Assembly (NCBI GenBank): GCA_963707025.1
Contig: CAVPOM010000007.1
Location: forward strand, 32,001-96,000
Source: an uncultured Verrucomicrobiae bacterium
GTDB taxonomy: Bacteria > Verrucomicrobiota > Verrucomicrobiia > Limisphaerales > Palsa-1400
Length of the DNA: 64,000 bases
Direction: 5' to 3'
Shown piece after piece: positions 39,716 through 49,000 of the stretch. Position numbers and translations under genes: made by a program. Every line of letters starts with the position of its first letter. The first letter of the stretch is position 1. The notes below the pieces were generated by a model, which saw nothing but the letters and a program-made list of their open reading frames with translations, was not told the origin of the DNA and did not search any database.

Positions 39716-40252
39716 ATGAACACCCTCCCGGTCCCACATCCGCCCGCCTTGGCCCCGTTGGCCGGGCCGCTTCCGGCCACCGGACGGGAATTGCTTTCCT
39801 CCATCACCCTGCAAGCCCCGCTGCTGGACGTTGGGTCCGCCGGTCTGGCCCTGCGCTGCAGTCAGCGCCATCTGATGCAATGGATCCTGGGCGGCGACCT
39901 GGAGTGGGCCTTCGATCTGCGCCGGGCCGGGGCCCGCCGTTGCTGCCTGCGCATTCTGACCGAGTCCATCATCCGCCTGCAGCAGCGCCAGCACCCCCTC
40001 ACCCCCCGCGAAAGAGCCGCGCAACGGCTCCACCTTTTCCAGAAGGTGTTCGACCCCATGTTCCCTCAGCACAAACCCTTTTTGTTCAGCACTGAATTGG
40101 CCCGGGTTTGGGCTTGCGGCACCACCCACATCCATAACCTGGCCGAGGACGGCCTGCTCGGCCTGGTGGACCGGGACCACGTCCCACGCGCGGCGGTGCA
40201 GATTTCCCGCGAGACCGCCTTCCTTTTTATGCAATCCAGAAGAATCATATGA
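39716..40252 (+). CDS. Hypothetical phage-like protein, possibly DNA-binding
   Basis: Stop overlaps the gam start (ATGA); ELARVWACGTTHIHNLAEDG is HTH-like. Confidence 0.6.
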   Translation: MNTLPVPHPPALAPLAGPLPATGRELLSSITLQAPLLDVGSAGLALRCSQRHLMQWILGGDLEWAFDLRRAGARRCCLRILTESIIRLQQRQHPLTPRERAAQRLHLFQKVFDPMFPQHKPFLFSTELARVWACGTTHIHNLAEDGLLGLVDRDHVPRAAVQISRETAFLFMQSRRII

Positions 40253-40776
40253 AAACGAGCAGAATCAAAAAGACCCGGCCCGTCATTCGCACCCGCGCAG
40301 CGATGGAATCCCTCATCGGCGAAATCGCCGCCCTGCAAAACCAGCTCCGCCTCCTCGCCGCGGCCATGGACGGGCAAGTCCAGTCCATTCGCCAACAATA
40401 CCAGGCCCCCTTGGCCGCCCAAAACGAGGCCCTCGACCTAAAAATGGAACAGGCCCGGGTCTGGTGCGAAGCCAACCCGCGCGAATTCGGCGCCGCCCGT
40501 GCCATCGAAATGGCGCATGGCACGGTGGGATGGCGCGCCGGCCAGCCCACCTTAAAAACCCTGCCCGGCTGGACTTTTGACCGCGTGGAGCAAACCCTCA
40601 AAACGGCTGGCGCCCTGGGCTACATTCGCGTCAACGAAGAAGTCCACCAACAAAACCTCCTCTCCGACCGCGAGGCCATCGGCCCCGAAAAACTGCGGGA
40701 AATCGGCCTGCGCGTCGTGCAGGAAGAGACCTTCTTCGTCGAGGCAAAACTGGCCGAAGTTCCCGAAGTGGTGTAG
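40249..40776 (+). CDS. gam: Mu Gam family host-nuclease inhibitor
   Basis: N-terminal coiled coil, WCEAN..F, HGTVGWRAGQP, YIRV.EEV, GLRVVQEETFFVE. Confidence 0.88.
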   Translation: MKTSRIKKTRPVIRTRAAMESLIGEIAALQNQLRLLAAAMDGQVQSIRQQYQAPLAAQNEALDLKMEQARVWCEANPREFGAARAIEMAHGTVGWRAGQPTLKTLPGWTFDRVEQTLKTAGALGYIRVNEEVHQQNLLSDREAIGPEKLREIGLRVVQEETFFVEAKLAEVPEVV

Positions 40777-40810
40777 GCATCGTTGGTGGAATGTGTTGGT
40801 TGAATCGGTT

Positions 40811-42223
40811 TCACAAATCCTGTCCCGCGCACGCCGCCTCCACCTCCGCAATGGTTTTCGGCACGGGTTTTCCCAGCAGGCGGCAACCCGTTTCCGTCAC
40901 CACCACGTCGTCCTCCAGCCGCACGCCGCCGAAATCCCGCCAGGCCTCGATGGCGTCGTAATTGAGAAACTGCTCGTGCCTGCGCTCCGCCTTCCACTGG
41001 TCAATCAACTCGGGAATAAAATAAATGCCCGGCTCGACCGTGACCACGAACCCCGCCCGCAATGGTTTGGCCAGACGCAGATAACAAAGGCCGAACTGCG
41101 GATTGCGCGTCATCCCCTCGTAGCCGACCTGCTGTTCGCCCAGGTCCTCCATGTCATGCACGTCCAGCCCCATCATGTGGCCCAGGCCGCACTGGAAGAA
41201 CATGGCGTGCGCGCCCGCCGCCACCGCCTCCTCCACAGGGCCGCGCATCAGTCCAAGCTGCTTTAAACCCGCCGCCAGCGTCCGGCAGGCCAGCAGATGC
41301 GCCTCCCGGAAGGGCCACCCCGGTTTGATTGCCGCCAGGGCCTTCTGCTGCGCCTCCAGCACGATGTTGTAAATCTCCTTCTGCCGCTCCGTGAACTTCC
41401 CGCTCACCGGGAACGTCCGCGTCAAGTCCCCCGCGTAGCCCAGTTCCGATTCCGCCCCGCAATCGTTGACGACAATGTTCCCATTCTTCATCAGGTTGCC
41501 GTGGCCATGATTGTGCAACGTCTCGCCGTGAATGGAGAAAATGATGGGGAAGGCCAGCCTTCCTCCCCGCGCCAGCGCGAGGGCGTGGATGGCTCCGGCC
41601 ACCTCGCGCTCATGCAAACCGGCGCGCCCCATCTTCATGGCGTGAGTTTGCATCCCGCCGGTGATGTTGACGGCCCGCTCGATTTCCTGGATTTCCTCCG
41701 GCGCCTTGATCGAACGCTGCGCCACCACCGCGTTGGTGAACTGGGCCGAGGCGTACTCCTTGGCGAAGGCCGGGTGAATTCCCAGCAACCTTTCAATTTT
41801 CAGCACATTCTCCCCCCGGTAAGGCGGCAGAAAATGCGCCGCGCGCCCGCGCTGCACCGCCGACATGAGAATCTCCTTGAGGCGGGCCATGGGCTGCGCC
41901 TGGCCTGCGCCCACCGCTTCCGCCCGGTCGCGCAAGAGCGGCTGCGGGCCGGTCCAGACAATGTCCGCCACCGTCGGATCATCGCCGAAGAGCGTTTCCG
42001 TCCCCTCGTCAATATCAATTATCGCCGCCAGCGCGGGCGAATTCAGACCCCAATAATAGAGAAACGAACTGTCCTGGCGGAAAGGGTATTGATTGGCCGC
42101 ATAATTGATCGGGCTTTCCTCGTTGCCCAGAAAGAGCAACAGCTCCGACGGGACGGCCTTCTTGAGCGCCTGCCGGCGCCTAACATAAATCTCACGATCG
42201 AACAAGGGTTCTGTGATCTTCAT
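40811..42223 (-). CDS. pepP: Xaa-Pro aminopeptidase (M24B)
   Basis: FRQDSSFLY, DCGAE..YAGDLTRT, GLGHMMGLDVHD, TVEPGIY, RLEDD. Confidence 0.92.
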   Translation of the reverse strand: MKITEPLFDREIYVRRRQALKKAVPSELLLFLGNEESPINYAANQYPFRQDSSFLYYWGLNSPALAAIIDIDEGTETLFGDDPTVADIVWTGPQPLLRDRAEAVGAGQAQPMARLKEILMSAVQRGRAAHFLPPYRGENVLKIERLLGIHPAFAKEYASAQFTNAVVAQRSIKAPEEIQEIERAVNITGGMQTHAMKMGRAGLHEREVAGAIHALALARGGRLAFPIIFSIHGETLHNHGHGNLMKNGNIVVNDCGAESELGYAGDLTRTFPVSGKFTERQKEIYNIVLEAQQKALAAIKPGWPFREAHLLACRTLAAGLKQLGLMRGPVEEAVAAGAHAMFFQCGLGHMMGLDVHDMEDLGEQQVGYEGMTRNPQFGLCYLRLAKPLRAGFVVTVEPGIYFIPELIDQWKAERRHEQFLNYDAIEAWRDFGGVRLEDDVVVTETGCRLLGKPVPKTIAEVEAACAGQDL

Positions 42224-42298
42224 GCGTGCCATTAACCGCCAACGCGAAGCCGGGAGCAACCAAAAATCCGCGGAAGAACCGAGGGAGAGTTCAGCGTT

Positions 42299-42910
42299 TT
42301 AGCTTTTGCCGCGCTTTGCCGCCGGACCTTTGTCTTCCAGTCGCGCGTGAAAACCGATTTCGCGGCGCGGCGGTTCCGGCGGCGTCCTCAGTTCCCGTAT
42401 GGCGGCAATGATCTCCTTGATCTGTTCAGTGTTCTCGCCGGTGGCGCGCCCGAGTTCCTCGACTCTGCGCGCCAGGGCGTCCATTGAGACGGCCAAGCGT
42501 GACAAGCGGACGAACGTTTGCACGACAACAACACTCATCTGAATGGCGCGCGGACTGCGGAGAACGTTCGCGGCCATCAACGCCCCGTGCTCGGTGAAGG
42601 CGTAAGGAAGGGAACGGGGATCGCGGTGCTTTTGGGAACCGGTCACAATTTGTGACCGGTTCGGGTCAGGCTCGATTAAGGTAACGGATTGTGACCTTAA
42701 AGCGTCGGCTTCCTCCTTGGTCACCCGGAATACGAATTCATCGGGAAACCGTTGGGTGTTGCGCTTGACTGCCTGATTCAGCGCCTTGGTTGACGCGCCA
42801 TAGAGTTCGGCCAGGTCGCGGTCAAGGATGACTTTGCGCCCGCGAACAAGGTGGATTCTTCCCTCGACGGTGGTAATGGGCAACGTTGTTTGCAGTTTCT
42901 TCGATTTCAT
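42299..42910 (-). CDS. ORF6N domain protein
   Basis: RGRKVILDRDLAELYG..TKALNQAVKRN..RFP, PYAFTEHGALMAANVLRS, C-terminal REIGF. Confidence 0.92.
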   Translation of the reverse strand: MKSKKLQTTLPITTVEGRIHLVRGRKVILDRDLAELYGASTKALNQAVKRNTQRFPDEFVFRVTKEEADALRSQSVTLIEPDPNRSQIVTGSQKHRDPRSLPYAFTEHGALMAANVLRSPRAIQMSVVVVQTFVRLSRLAVSMDALARRVEELGRATGENTEQIKEIIAAIRELRTPPEPPRREIGFHARLEDKGPAAKRGKS

Positions 42911-43107
42911 GGCGGGCTGTTCATCGTTCTCGGATTCTGCCGCGCTTTGCTGCGGGACATTTGTCCTCCGGTCGTGTGTGAAGGCGCAAGGCAAATAGTG
43001 CCACCCGCCTTGGTGGCTTGAGGTTCCAATTTGGAACATCAAGTCCGCAAACTCCCGCGCCGTACGGAGGGCCAAAAGCTCCAGTTCGTTGCCTCCCCTC
43101 GTGAAAA

Positions 43108-43182
43108 TGGTGCGCGATAGAGGATTTGAACCTCTGACCCCCTCCGTGTCAAGGAGATGCTCTACCACTGAGCTAACCGCGC
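43108..43182 (-). tRNA. tRNA-Val(GAC)
   Basis: Reverse complement GCGCGGTTAGCTCAGTGGTAGAGC..TTGACAC..GGTTCAAATCC..CCA. Confidence 0.97.
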
Positions 43183-43243
43183 CCCGATTCCCCTAAACCG
43201 TAGGCCATCCCAACCGCTCATGGCAAGCGGGATTTCCGCAGCC

Positions 43244-43351
43244 AATGCAAACGGCAAAATGAAAACGGCAAAATGGCGGCAGGAAAAACGACGCTGGCCA
43301 CGGTCTGTCCCGCCTTTTTCATTTTACATTCTGCATTTTGCACTTTGCATT
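43244..43351. repeat. Inverted tandem-repeat element with 7-nt units overlapping the queG 3' end
   Basis: Left arm AATGCAAACGGCAAAATGAAAACGGCAAAATG; right arm CATTTTACATTCTGCATTTTGCACTTTGCATT. Confidence 0.8.
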
Positions 43352-44494
43352 GATTTGTCCGATCGCCCACAAGGCATGTTCCGCGATCAGCGCCTCCCCG
43401 CCGGACGCGGCCCGTTGCAATGCCGGCAGCGCCTCCTGGCCGCCCACGTTCCCCAAGGCCACGCAAACGTTGCGCAGAAAGCCGCGCCGCCTGGCCCGCA
43501 AAATGGGGGTCCCGGCAAATCGCGCCTGGAACCCCGCCTCGTCCAGCGACAACAACTCCACCAAGTCCGGCTCCTCCAGCCCGGCGCGGCGATGGCCGGC
43601 CATCAACGCGCCCGCCCGCGCAAAACGATTCCACGGACAAGCCGCCAGACAATCGTCGCAGCCGTAAATGCGGTTGCCCACGGCCGGACGCAATTCCACC
43701 GGGATCGAGCCTTTCAACTCGATGGTCAGGTAGGAAATGCAGCGGCGCGCGTCCAGTTGGAACGGCGCGATGATGGCCGCGGTGGGGCAGGCGTCCAGGC
43801 AGCGCCGGCAGGAGCCGCAATGATTTCTCTCCGGCGCGTCGGGCGGCAATTCCAGCGTGGTGATGATTTCCGCCAGAAAAAACCAGTTGCCCAGCTTCCG
43901 GCTGATGAGGTTGGTGTGTTTGCCGATGAATCCAAGTCCGGCCCGCTGCGCCAAATCCCGCTCCAGCAACGGCCCCGTATCCACATACCAGAGCGAGCGC
44001 GTTTGCCCGCCGCCCAGTTGATTGACCCATCCGGCCAGCAATTTGAGCCGCGCGCCCAGCACATCGTGATAATCGGAAAAACGGGCATAGCGGGCGATTT
44101 GTCCAACTGGACCCGACCCGGCAGGGCGGGCCGTCCGCTGGCCGCCGTCGGGCATTGGCAGAGGAGGCAACATGGCACTACCGTCGTGCGGCGGGTCCCG
44201 ATAATTCGGGACCCGCCCTACCATCCTTGAGTGAAGCATTTCTCCCTGCCCGCCTCGCCTTGCCTCATCCGCCGCATAGCTCACCGCCAGGGAAATAATG
44301 CTTCGCGCCGCCGCCAATACTTGACTGGGTTCGATTCGCTTGGAGGCGTTGCGTTCCAAGTAAGTCATCTGGCCGTGGCGGCCCGCGCCCAGCCAGCGTT
44401 GGAACTGCGCCGCGGATTCCGGCGGCCGCGCCGTGGTGAATTGGCAGGCGTCAAATCCCAGTTCCAGGGCGCGTTCTCGAATGGCCGTCTTCAC
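43319..44494 (-). CDS. queG: Epoxyqueuosine reductase
   Basis: IARYA..DYH, VDTGPLLER, CGSCRRCLDACPT, RCISYLTIE, GCDDCLAACPWN. Confidence 0.95.
   Translation of the reverse strand: MKTAIRERALELGFDACQFTTARPPESAAQFQRWLGAGRHGQMTYLERNASKRIEPSQVLAAARSIISLAVSYAADEARRGGQGEMLHSRMVGRVPNYRDPPHDGSAMLPPLPMPDGGQRTARPAGSGPVGQIARYARFSDYHDVLGARLKLLAGWVNQLGGGQTRSLWYVDTGPLLERDLAQRAGLGFIGKHTNLISRKLGNWFFLAEIITTLELPPDAPERNHCGSCRRCLDACPTAAIIAPFQLDARRCISYLTIELKGSIPVELRPAVGNRIYGCDDCLAACPWNRFARAGALMAGHRRAGLEEPDLVELLSLDEAGFQARFAGTPILRARRRGFLRNVCVALGNVGGQEALPALQRAASGGEALIAEHALWAIGQINAKCKMQNVK
44120..44226 (-). repeat. Complete REP doublet (REPIN-like) inside queG, read in frame
   Basis: Similar along its whole length to the copy at 59942-60046; encodes MVGRVPNYRDPPHDG..DGGQRTARPA. 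Confidence 0.9.
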
Positions 44495-45024
44495 TTTCTG
44501 CGCGCCATGTGGAATTGAAGGGCGATCTGCTGGGCCACCTCCCTGGGGGCGCGCAGACCGCTGTGCATGAAGACGTTGGCCTGGCGATAGGAAGCCTCGC
44601 GGGCCGCCAGCAGGGCGCGGATTTTGCCCAGCGGGTCCGGCCCCTGCAAGAGCGGCCGGTGCGTTTGGGTTTGCACGCGCGCCCAGATCGTCTCCGGCGA
44701 GGCCACCAGCCAGAACACCAGGGCATGGGCCTTCAGGCTGGCCATGTTGGCTGGGTCCACCACCAGCCCGCCCCCGGCGGCGATGACCAGGTTGCGCTGC
44801 CGGCCCAGGCTTTCCAGGGCCTGTTTTTCACATTGCCGAAAAGCGGCTTCCCCTTCCCGGGCGAAGATGTCGCTGATGGACCTGCCGAGCTGGGCCTCGA
44901 TCAAGCCGTCAGTATCCACAAAGCCAAACCGGATATGCTCGGCGACCAGGCGGCCGATGGTGGATTTGCCCGTCCCCATGAAACCGACCAGCGCCAGATT
45001 GTGGATGGTTCGCGCATCGTTCAC
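44491..45024 (-). CDS. aroK: Shikimate kinase
   Basis: GFMGTGKST, DTD, GEAAFR, GGG, RPLL. Confidence 0.95.
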   Translation of the reverse strand: MNDARTIHNLALVGFMGTGKSTIGRLVAEHIRFGFVDTDGLIEAQLGRSISDIFAREGEAAFRQCEKQALESLGRQRNLVIAAGGGLVVDPANMASLKAHALVFWLVASPETIWARVQTQTHRPLLQGPDPLGKIRALLAAREASYRQANVFMHSGLRAPREVAQQIALQFHMARRK

Positions 45025-45467
45025 TGTCTGCCACTCTACGCGCAAGGAACCGTGGCGGCACGCAGTTTCTTTGTCAGAACCTCCTGGCTGGCGACGTTTT
45101 CATGGGTTTGAACCCACCGAAACGGTGGGCCATTTTGGCACACTTGGCCCGTCATGTTTAATCACAAGTTGTTTGTTTTAAATAACTTATAAACATTTAT
45201 TGACATCCAACAAAATGGGTTCGTTTGGCAAAAACACTGTTAATGCCGACGCCGACCTGTATTGAAACAAGCTCCGAAAGATGCCGCGCCCACCCGAAGT
45301 GACTGGCGCCCCGCCGCTCCCTTGTTGCCTCGTCTCTCATGCCCATAAGTTAAACATAGTTTCTAATTCCTGTCCAGCGAAATATTGTCCACTCTTGAAT
45401 GTCCGGTTGCCCCACATTCACCTTTCCTGCCCGACATTGCCGATTCTGCGTTTAATGATTCGGCTCA

Positions 45468-45958
45468 GCGGTACGCCGAATGCGGCGGTCGAGACGACCG
45501 CGCTCCCCAAACAGCCAGGGTTGGCCGGTTCAATATCAAGGGTATCATAAGCAAAGAGGTGGCCGGCGAGGGCGCCGGCCACTACACGCGGGGGCGCGCG
45601 CGCTCCCCAAAAACGATGAACAGGGTCAAGAGGCGCCCAATGCTCGCCGTAGCGGAAAATGCCGCGCCTGAAGAGCGTTCGGCGGGACGCCGAATGCGGC
45701 GGGCGAGACGACCGCGCTCCCCAAACTCCCGCGTTTCGCCGGTTCAACATCAAGGGTAAATGGTTGTCCGCTATCTTCCGCCGGGCCAGTGGCCCGGCGG
45801 GACGGGTCCCGATTGCATCGGGATTCCACCCATGCGGTATGAAATGTCCGGTTGGCGATGTGCTTGCGGAATCAACCAAGAGGCGGGCCAGTTTTGGACG
45901 GAAGATTCCGTCGGCGGGACGCCGACGGATGCGGTCGAGACGACCGCGCTCCCCGAAA
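45468..45958 (+). repeat. Cluster of four REP-like units ending CGCGCTCCCC
   Basis: CGAGACGACCGCGCTCCCC near 45490, 45704 and 45935, plus variant CACGCGGGGGCGCGCGCGCTCCCC near 45586; duplicated CCGGTTCAAyATCAAGGGTA; includes copy 2 of the 19693 repeat. Confidence 0.85.
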
Positions 45959-46032
45959 AAGTGGCTAATGATTCGGGTTATCGGGCCGTGTTTTTCCTTT
46001 CCCGCGCTGGCTTTTTGCGCGAGTAATGGGGG

Positions 46033-49000
46033 GTGCAAGCGCGATTTCTCCTCGGTCCGGCCGGCGCCGGGAAAACTTTCCGGTGCCTGGCGGAAATTCG
46101 CGCCGCCTTGCGGGAGGATCCCCAGGGGCCACCTCTCATTCTGCTCGCCCCCAAGCAGGCCACTTTCCAGTTGGAACGGCAACTCCTGGGCGATCCGGCC
46201 CTGGCCGGCTACACGCGCCTGGCCATTCTTTCCTTCGAGCGCCTGGCGGGGTTTATTCTGAAACAGTTGCACCAGCCCAGGCCGGCGCTGCTCTCGGAAG
46301 AGGGGCGCATCATGGTCTTGCGCGCCCTGCTGGCCCGGCGCCGCGCCGATCTGCAGATTTTTCACAGCAGCGCCGGCCTGGCCGGTTTTGCCCGGCAATT
46401 GAGCCTGGAACTGCGCGAATTGCAGCGGCGCGAGTTCTCGCCCGAAGTATTGACAGAGCTGGCCTCCCGCCCCGAATTCACCGAGGCGCTGCGCCGCAAG
46501 CTGGGCGATCTGGCCCTCCTCCTACGCGGCTATCTGGACTGGCTGGCCCAACAAAACCTGCAGGACGCCGATTGCCTGGCCGACGTGGCGGCAGAAGCCT
46601 TGCGCAGCAATTCGCAATCTCTTAGCCCCCAAATGAAAACAATTCAACAGGAGCAAACAGAGAAAACAGAGATAATTATCTCTCCCTTCCCTCTGTTCCC
46701 TCCTGTTAAAAATCCGCAACCGAGTCGCGGCTCGACGGAGTCTCGCCCTACCGGTCTGGAAATGCAAAATGCAAAATGCAAAATGCAAAATGATGGGCAA
46801 AGTCACGGCTCGACGGAGTCTCGCCCTACCGTGAAGGGCAATCCTCCATCATCGCTTTTCATTTCCGCCCTCTGGCTGGACGGCTTCGGCGAATTGACTC
46901 CGCAGGAACTCAGCCTCCTGGCCGCGCTGGCCCCCTGCTGCCAAAAAATGACCCTGGCCTTTTGCGTGGAGGACGAACGGCCGGCGGAGGCGGATTCCTG
47001 GCTCTCCATCTGGTCGGCCATCGCCCAAACCCGGCAGGATTGTTGGAAAAGACTTTCCGCCGTGCCGGGCCTCCGGTTGGAGACGGAAATTCTCCGCCGC
47101 CAAGCTTCGTCCGGCCGGTTCGCGGAAAATCCGGTCTTGCGGCACTTGGAAAAGAATTGGGCGCAGCCGGTTCCATTTCCCGATGACCAATGGGACCCGG
47201 AGGCGCAAGGCTCGTTGCGCGCCGTTCTTTGCGCCAACCCCGAAGGGGAAGCCGTGCTGGCCGCGCGCGAGATTCTGCAATTTGTGCAGGCGGGCGGGCG
47301 CTTTCGCGAGACGGCGGTATTGTTGCGCAGCCTGGAAGGCTACCACGACGTGTTGCGGCGGGTTTTCTCGCGCTACGGGATTCCGTTTTTCCTGGATCGC
47401 CGCGAGCCTTCCGCCCACCATCCGCTGGCCGAGCTGACGCGCAACGCCCTGCGCGTGACGGCTTATGACTGGCGGCACGAGGACTGGTTCAGCGCGCTGA
47501 AAACCGGGCTGATTTCCGGCGACGAAGAGGCCATTGACCGGCTGGAAAACGAGGCCCTGGCCCGGGGCTGGAAAGGGGAAACCTGGACCAGGCCATGGCC
47601 GGACGTGGACGGGAAAACGCCCGTCGCCGAGCAATTGCGCCGGCAATGGGCCGCCCCCTTTCTGCAATTGAGGGAAAACCTTTCCCGCCAGGGCCAGCTT
47701 CGTCCTGACGGCCCGCAATTGGCCGCCGGGTTGCGCGAATTGTGGAGTCAACTGCAAATCGAAGAATCCCTGGCCAACTTGCAGGAGGCCCCGGAGCGGC
47801 CTGTTTCCCATCCGCAATTCCACGCCACGGTCTGGCAGCAAATGAACGCCTGGCTCGATGACGTGGCCCTGGCCTTCGCGGGCGAGCGCCTGGCACTGTC
47901 CGAATGGCTGGCCATCCTCGAAGCCGGCCTGGCCGGGTTGACCGTGGGCGTCATTCCTCCGGCGCTGGACCAGGTGTTGATCGGGGCGGTGGATCGCTCG
48001 CGCAACCCGGATCTGCAACTGGCCCTGGTGCTGGGCGTCAACGATTCGGTCTTTCCCGCCCCGCCCCCGCCGCGCAATCTCCTGACCGAGTCGGACTGCG
48101 CCGAACTGGGCGGGCGCGGTCTTGTGCTTGGCCCCGGCGTGCGGCAAATCCTGGGGCGGGAGCGTTTTTTGGGCTACCTGGCCTGCACGCGAGCCCGGCG
48201 GCGGCTGGTGGTGGCCTGCTCCCAGCGCGACGCCGACGAGCAACCGCTCAATCCATCCCCGTTTTTCGCGCTCCTGCAGAGGCTTTTTCCGCGCCTTGAA
48301 ACCGAAACTTTCTCCGGCCCCGACGAGACCGCGCCCGTCCACGCCTGCGAATTAATCCCCCGACTGCTCCGCGCCCAACCTGCCGGCGGCGGTTGGGAGG
48401 AGATACTCGCCTGGCCGGCCTTCGCCGCTTTGCGTCAACAAATAAAATCCTTCGCCCCCCGTTCCGAGCCGGAGCGGCTTGCCCCGGAGCTTGCCGGGCG
48501 GCTTTACGGTCCGGCCTTGCGCACCTCCGTCAGCCGCATGGAACAGTTTGCCGCCTGCGCCTTCCGCTATTTCGTCCATTCCGGTTTGCAGGCGGAGGAG
48601 CGGATCCTGTTTGAATTGGATGCCCGGCAGAAAGGTTCCTTCCAGCACCTGGCGCTGGCGCGATTTCACCAGCAACTGCAGGAGGAGAAAAAGACCTGGC
48701 ACGAGTTGACCGCGGCGGAAGCGCGCCGCCGCATGGCCGGCATTTGCGACGGGCTGATTCCCCAGTTCGAGGAGGGCCTGCTGGCCGCCGATGCGCCCTC
48801 GCGTTTCGCCGCCCGCGGCATGGCGCGCGCCCTGGAGGACTTCGTCGCGGCCCTGGTGGCCTGGATGAGTCAATACGATTTTGAACCGCGCGCGGCGGAA
48901 GTGGAATTTGGCGGGCCGGCGGGCGAAGGCGGCTGGCCGGCCTGGGAACTGGACCTGGGCGGCGGCCAGCGGCTGGTGTTTCGCGGGCGGATAGACCGGA

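Noticed and set aside
38597..42910. Intact prophage
   Set aside because: No integrase, transposase, terminase or structural genes; pepP interrupts the region
42911..43168. N-terminal extension of the ORF6N ORF
   Set aside because: Runs through tRNA-Val(GAC); the likely start is 42910
45468..45958. Possible CRISPR array from the repeated CGAGACGACCGCGCTCCCC
   Set aside because: Irregular ~100-230 bp spacing, variable units, partly duplicated spacers and no cas genes; fits a REP cluster
46606..46855. Intein or group I/II intron in addB or queG
   Set aside because: No C/S...HN-C/S/T splice motifs, too short, and fully explained by repeats found elsewhere in the window
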